Shown: positions 59,321 to 64,000 of the stretch, one piece after another
Layout: each line of letters starts with the position of its first letter
Numbering within the stretch: the first letter of the stretch is position 1
DNA from: Candidatus Sumerlaeaceae bacterium
GTDB lineage: Bacteria > Sumerlaeota > Sumerlaeia > Sumerlaeales > Sumerlaeaceae
Assembly: GCA_051003195.1 (NCBI GenBank)
Contig: JBPCLP010000047.1
Span: forward strand, 32,001-96,000
Direction: 5' to 3'
DNA length: 64,000 bases
Notes under the pieces: model-generated
The model's database searches: none
What the model was told of the DNA's origin: nothing
Seen by the model: the letters and a program-made list of their open reading frames with translations, nothing else
Translations under genes and position numbers: made by a program

Positions 59321-62221
59321 TCAGCCAACCTTCGTCGCGATCATGCACCGGCGCTTAACCAGCGCATCGTGTTCGGTGTACGGTATTTCTGCGTCCTCGC
59401 GGGCGAACTTCTCACTGCCAATCTTCTCCCCGAGATAAGCAGCCAGCGCCTCAAACGAATCGACCGGCAACGGCTCGCCCGACTGCTTTGAATTGTGCAG
59501 CGAGAAGGTCCGTTCGTGCAATTGTATACGGCGTCCGATGTTCTCTCCCGCCACAATTTCAATCACAAGCCGCGCCTGTGCCGACTCACGTCGGCTGAGC
59601 CGTACGGCGGATTGCTGCATCGCCAACACCGCCGCGAACGGTACGCGGATACGACCGGCTTCAACGGTGTTGCACACCAGGTCAGTCTCAAGCACGTCAA
59701 CAGAGAGTGCCTCCACCGGGTCCCGCGTTAATGCGGCCGGCATCTCATGTACAATCAGAACTCCTGCTCCAGCTACCCGTAGCTTCGATTCCAGCAATTC
59801 CACGTCCAGATCCTCGGTAGCTTGCAGCACGCCAGCCGAGTTGGAAATGGATTCAGCCGTAACAGGCGTGCATAGCTCCTGGGAAAGGATCGAAAGCAGT
59901 CTGTCCACTTGCTCCGAATCCTGGGGTAGAAACTGCCCGCTTACGTTTTCCTGCAGCACCACCCAAATACCACTCCCGCCGCTTTGCATGGCCGCGTCCG
60001 GTGACGGCGTGGAGAGCTTATCGCTGGAGTATACGCGATGTGCCGTACTCAGCTCTGGAGAACTCGTGTGGCTGCCCCCTCCAGGCAGAGCGTACTCAGC
60101 ACCGGGCTTCAGCGAACCCTCGCGCTGACTGCTCTCCGTCTCGGTCTTCGCCGACTCGCGCAAACTTGGCACAATTACATGTTTATCGTCTTCGGACATT
60201 ACGCCGGAACCTCCATCCTCGGATTTCCGTTCGACACCTGTTTCCGGTTCCGTGTCTACCGGGCTACTATAGCCGTAGTCCAGCCCTTTTGATCGCAGCT
60301 GGCGCAGAGTCTCGCGTGCAGGCACCGGCGCGGGCTGCGCCGGAGGCTCCAGCGGCTCGAGGTCCATACCCGAAAGCTCCACACGCGGTCGCTTCAGGCC
60401 GGCCCGCTGTTCTACGGACCTGGGAATGTCCGGTACCTCGCCCGGATTCTGGATTGTATGCGCAGGAAGAATACTCGTCGAGCTGTCCTGGTGTCGGCGT
60501 GCAGGCGGATCATCACGGGTGGTTTTCATCGCCAGTCGCTTCTTGCCCCAAAATGAATCGCGCGACTGTGAAGCGTCCGCTCGTTCTTCAATGCGCGGTT
60601 CTTCCAGATCTCCACGCAATTCCGGTGGCTTGGCCGGCGCCACTCGCCCGGACTGATCCGGAGCTGTACTCGCGACCGGCGGGTACTTGTCGCCGGAATC
60701 GATCTGCTGGATTCGCGAAGTCGATCGGGAGGTTTTTCGGCGCTCAGGCTGACCGGGTCCACCGTAAAGTGTCGAGGCTGCCACGCTGCCCGGTTTGTGC
60801 GATCCGCCGTCTGGCTCCGCGGCTGCCAGCAGCGCGTCGCAATCCTCGCCACGAGCCCTCGCCGCGACAAGGATCTCCTCCCGCTGGCGTCGCGCTTCGT
60901 GGCGGTCGCGCATCATTTGTGCATTCGCTTCGAACAGTTTCAGATAACGCAACGCATCCACAGCCCGTTCAGGCGCTGTTTGATGGCAAAGTTTGGCGGC
61001 AGTGAGAAACGCGTCCTCATAGCCGGGCGGGATCGGCGTAACCTGGATTAGTTGTTCATAAACACGCAAAGCCGCTGCCTCATGGCCCTTTAGCTCCAGC
61101 ATCCGCCCCAGGCTGTGCAACTCACGCGGATCGAGTCGCAAATCTGGGAACTTCTTCAAAGCGGTTTGCAGGTAAAACTCCGTTGCCCGAACCACATCCC
61201 CGACAAAGATACGCTGACCAAGGTAAACGCGCGCGGCGTCTTCATCATCCCGTGCAGCCGCCTCCATTTTGGCGACATTTACTTTCTCGCGTTCCTTGCG
61301 TCGCGGCGAGAGTGCGGCGTCCGGGTCCTCCCATGTTTGATGAAATCCTTTTGTCCCGTTAACCACAAAACCCACGACGATGCCAACAACCAGCCCTCCC
61401 ATGTGTCCCCATATACTGATACGATCCTCCGCCTGCTGCGGCATGGTAATGGCGTCCTGGAAAAGCTTATAGCCCAGCAGCACAATCGCCGGCAGTCCAA
61501 ACCGCGCATGTTCGGGCTCCAGGAAAACGAACAAACCGACAACGCCGATCAGAAGAATCAGTTCTCCAAGCGACGGACTGCTCATCCCGAAAATGTAAAC
61601 AGCCGGTACCAGCAGGAAGCCGATGCACGCCCAGAAACGGAAATCGTAAACCAGCGCCACTTTAACCTGAGATCGAGGAAAACACACGAGGTATGCACCG
61701 ATCACTGCATATACGACTCCGGAAAAACCCCCGTGCGGAACGCGATATGCATTCGTCAGCTCCGTCAGCCAAATAATCGCCAGCTGGCTGCCGACCATCG
61801 CTGCCACCAGGAACACCGCGAACCGGCGGCGGCCAAACAGCTCCTCAAGGTTTTGTCCATACAGGGCGAACAACCACAGGTTCAGCGCCAGGTGCAGCCA
61901 GCCCACATGAATGAAGTTTGCTGTGATCAGTTGACCCCATCTCCAGCCGCCCTCTTCCCGCAGCTTGGACGGTGTAAGAGCGACCGTGTCCCTGTACGTT
62001 TCGTAGCGCGTAGCCGCCTTGACTGCGTGCTCACGCGTTTCCACAGACGCCCAGGGACTCACGTTGGATTCAAAAATAAAACCTGCCGTCACAAGGTGCA
62101 CTACGATATTCGCAATGACGACAACTTTGACCAGGATGCCACGTTTATGCAGCGGAACATTCGTTCCCCATGGCAGCAGCGCAGCAAAGATTAGTCCTGT
62201 GAACCAGAACAGAACGGTCAT
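59321..62221 (-). CDS. Rhomboid family intramembrane protease with long C-terminal extension
   Basis: FIHVGWLHLALN, GFSG, WGHMGG, followed by more than 600 aa of soluble sequence. Confidence 0.85.
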   Translation of the reverse strand: MTVLFWFTGLIFAALLPWGTNVPLHKRGILVKVVVIANIVVHLVTAGFIFESNVSPWASVETREHAVKAATRYETYRDTVALTPSKLREEGGWRWGQLITANFIHVGWLHLALNLWLFALYGQNLEELFGRRRFAVFLVAAMVGSQLAIIWLTELTNAYRVPHGGFSGVVYAVIGAYLVCFPRSQVKVALVYDFRFWACIGFLLVPAVYIFGMSSPSLGELILLIGVVGLFVFLEPEHARFGLPAIVLLGYKLFQDAITMPQQAEDRISIWGHMGGLVVGIVVGFVVNGTKGFHQTWEDPDAALSPRRKEREKVNVAKMEAAARDDEDAARVYLGQRIFVGDVVRATEFYLQTALKKFPDLRLDPRELHSLGRMLELKGHEAAALRVYEQLIQVTPIPPGYEDAFLTAAKLCHQTAPERAVDALRYLKLFEANAQMMRDRHEARRQREEILVAARARGEDCDALLAAAEPDGGSHKPGSVAASTLYGGPGQPERRKTSRSTSRIQQIDSGDKYPPVASTAPDQSGRVAPAKPPELRGDLEEPRIEERADASQSRDSFWGKKRLAMKTTRDDPPARRHQDSSTSILPAHTIQNPGEVPDIPRSVEQRAGLKRPRVELSGMDLEPLEPPAQPAPVPARETLRQLRSKGLDYGYSSPVDTEPETGVERKSEDGGSGVMSEDDKHVIVPSLRESAKTETESSQREGSLKPGAEYALPGGGSHTSSPELSTAHRVYSSDKLSTPSPDAAMQSGGSGIWVVLQENVSGQFLPQDSEQVDRLLSILSQELCTPVTAESISNSAGVLQATEDLDVELLESKLRVAGAGVLIVHEMPAALTRDPVEALSVDVLETDLVCNTVEAGRIRVPFAAVLAMQQSAVRLSRRESAQARLVIEIVAGENIGRRIQLHERTFSLHNSKQSGEPLPVDSFEALAAYLGEKIGSEKFAREDAEIPYTEHDALVKRRCMIATKVG

Positions 62222-62363
62222 GGGTAGGAAAAATCGCTAATGCGAAACCACACGTCAACAGATGGTCGCCGGATTCTGTTGGTACGAGAATTTGAGTTGC
62301 AGCGGGTGACATACATCTGAATCTTCCAACGCCAGGTTACATGTTCTGTTTTTAAGGATAGTC

Positions 62364-63476
62364 TTGAACGTACTGATCACCAGTAGCACTCAGGAACACG
62401 ACGACGAAGCCTCGCAGGTTTTTGATCTGGCGGAACAACTGCGTGCTGAAGGACACGAGGTGCTGGTGGTCGTCAGGCAGGGCAGCAGATTGGACCAGCG
62501 CGTCACTGCGCGCGGACTCCAGATGCGCCGGCTTTCTTTCGGCCCGCCCAGCGCAATGCTTCGGCGTCGCATGGATATTCGAAGTCTGCGTTACCTCATA
62601 CTCGCGTTTCGTGCAGACGTTATTCATTGTCATGGCGACATCGACCACCAACTCGCGGGCACCGCAAGAGCCCGCGCGGGTGCGAACATTCCTATCGTGC
62701 GAACGGTCGTGGAACGAGCCTGGTCATACTCTCGCATTTCCGCCAATACCGATTTCACGATCGCACTTTCAAAAGAAGTTGCTGATGATCTTCGTACCAT
62801 TCGTGGCGTCCAGGCCGCACATCTGCATGTAATCTATCCTGCAGTGGAAGTCGCGATGTTTGACCCATCACGACGCAGCGACCGCTGGCGGACTGAGGTC
62901 GGCGCCCTGCAGGGTGAAAAGCTGGTTGGGCTCATTGCTCCCTTTAATAACTTTCAGGCGCACCATGCATTTCTCGAGGCAGCTGTCTCCATCCTGTCAT
63001 TGGCCCCGAACACACGCTTCGTAGCAGCCGCGCTGCGGCCCGGAGGCAGCCCTGAGCCCTATCTCTGCTCTGCGCTCGAATCTGGAATCGCGGATCGCAT
63101 CTCCTTTCAGTCATTTCTGGAGAACGTCCCCAGCGCCCTCGCATCGCTCGACGTTGCGATTGTAACCGCTGGGGATTCCGGCACCGCGCCTGGTGCCTTG
63201 GAATACATGGCATCCGGCACACCCGTGATCGCGCCGCGCGAAGGATGGGTTGGCGAGGTTATCGAAGGCGGTAAGACCGGCCTCTTGGTGACACCGGGTG
63301 ATCCTGCTTCCTTAGCCAGGGCTACCGTTAGCGTGCTTACCAATCCAGGCTTCGCCGACAATTTGCGAACTGCTGCCCTGGAGCAAATTCACGAAGTTCA
63401 TAATCGCGGCCGATGGATCGAAGCGATTATGGATGTATACAAGACCGCAATTGCCGCGCGATCGCATGCACGATAG
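62364..63476 (+). CDS. Glycosyltransferase family 4
   Basis: DVIHCH, LEYMASGTPVIA..GKTGLLV.PGD. Confidence 0.88.
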   Translation: MNVLITSSTQEHDDEASQVFDLAEQLRAEGHEVLVVVRQGSRLDQRVTARGLQMRRLSFGPPSAMLRRRMDIRSLRYLILAFRADVIHCHGDIDHQLAGTARARAGANIPIVRTVVERAWSYSRISANTDFTIALSKEVADDLRTIRGVQAAHLHVIYPAVEVAMFDPSRRSDRWRTEVGALQGEKLVGLIAPFNNFQAHHAFLEAAVSILSLAPNTRFVAAALRPGGSPEPYLCSALESGIADRISFQSFLENVPSALASLDVAIVTAGDSGTAPGALEYMASGTPVIAPREGWVGEVIEGGKTGLLVTPGDPASLARATVSVLTNPGFADNLRTAALEQIHEVHNRGRWIEAIMDVYKTAIAARSHAR

Positions 63477-63526
63477 GCGGGTGCAGTAGCCGTGTGCATT
63501 AACCTGGAACCGCGTGCGGAACGCAT

Positions 63527-64000
63527 ATGAGTCGTCCTCGCGTGCTGCACGTTTATAAAGATTATTATCCCCCCGTCCTTGGGGGAATTGAGGCCACCAT
63601 AAATCTCATGGCGCGCGGCACACTGGATGCCTGCGATGTCACCGTCCTGGTCTGCAGCGGCGGAAGAACCCGCAGCGACGAAGTGATTGACGGTGTTCGC
63701 GTGGTGCGCGTGCCCGAGCTGGGCCGCCTGTCGAGTGCGCCGGTTAGCCCCGCTTTTCCATCCGAACTGCGGCGGCTCGCGCGCAAGGCGGACCTTTTGC
63801 ATGTGCATCACCCAAACCCTACCGGCGATGTTTCCTGCCTGCTGGTGCGCCCCGCCGCGCCCATCGTAATGACATATCACAGCGACGTCGTCCGTCAAAA
63901 AAAAGCCATGTGGCTCTATGGTGCTGTGCAGGAGCGGATGATGCGCCGCTGCAAAGTAATTATGCCGACGTCGCCAAACTACATCGAATCTTCCGACTGG
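63527..64000 (+). CDS. Glycosyltransferase family 4, 3'-truncated
   Basis: Own translation: MSRPRVLHVYKDYYPPVLGGIE..LHVHHPNP..TYHSDVVRQK, open to the window end. Confidence 0.88.
   Translation, partial: MSRPRVLHVYKDYYPPVLGGIEATINLMARGTLDACDVTVLVCSGGRTRSDEVIDGVRVVRVPELGRLSSAPVSPAFPSELRRLARKADLLHVHHPNPTGDVSCLLVRPAAPIVMTYHSDVVRQKKAMWLYGAVQERMMRRCKVIMPTSPNYIESSDW

Overview
This is a 64-kb GC-rich bacterial chromosomal window. The pilin style and the C-terminal tails of secreted proteins tentatively suggest Candidatus Sumerlaeota/BRC1 or a PVC-like lineage (inference only). Most of it is housekeeping, envelope and regulatory genes: rpsP-khpA-rimM, metG, an HD-GYP regulator, ilvA, an orphan coxB, pilB, a DEAD helicase, an M1 peptidase, glycosyltransferases, alpha-2-macroglobulin, a two-component system, actP and a rhomboid. 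There are two visibly AT-richer accessory blocks. The first (1.3-5.6 kb) encodes two large secreted proteins with CARDB-like tails. The second (about 22.9-29.4 kb) is a defence hotspot with a decayed BrnT/antitoxin pair, an HExxH protein, a BglII/BstYI-like endonuclease plus MT-A70 methyltransferase, a translationally coupled HEPN + DGQHR pair with its own promoter and putative operator, and the stump of a type ISP/IIG RM gene. The HEPN + DGQHR pair is the best candidate for an undescribed system. Other oddities are a 2x63-bp array of AGGA-loop hairpins, a ~70-aa insertion before KMSKS in MetRS, a shared xx(W/F)xLY C-terminal tail on secreted enzymes, and a dispersed repeat/element family. I saw no rRNA, tRNA, CRISPR array or intact transposase/integrase. 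All family calls come from motif recognition by eye, not database searches.
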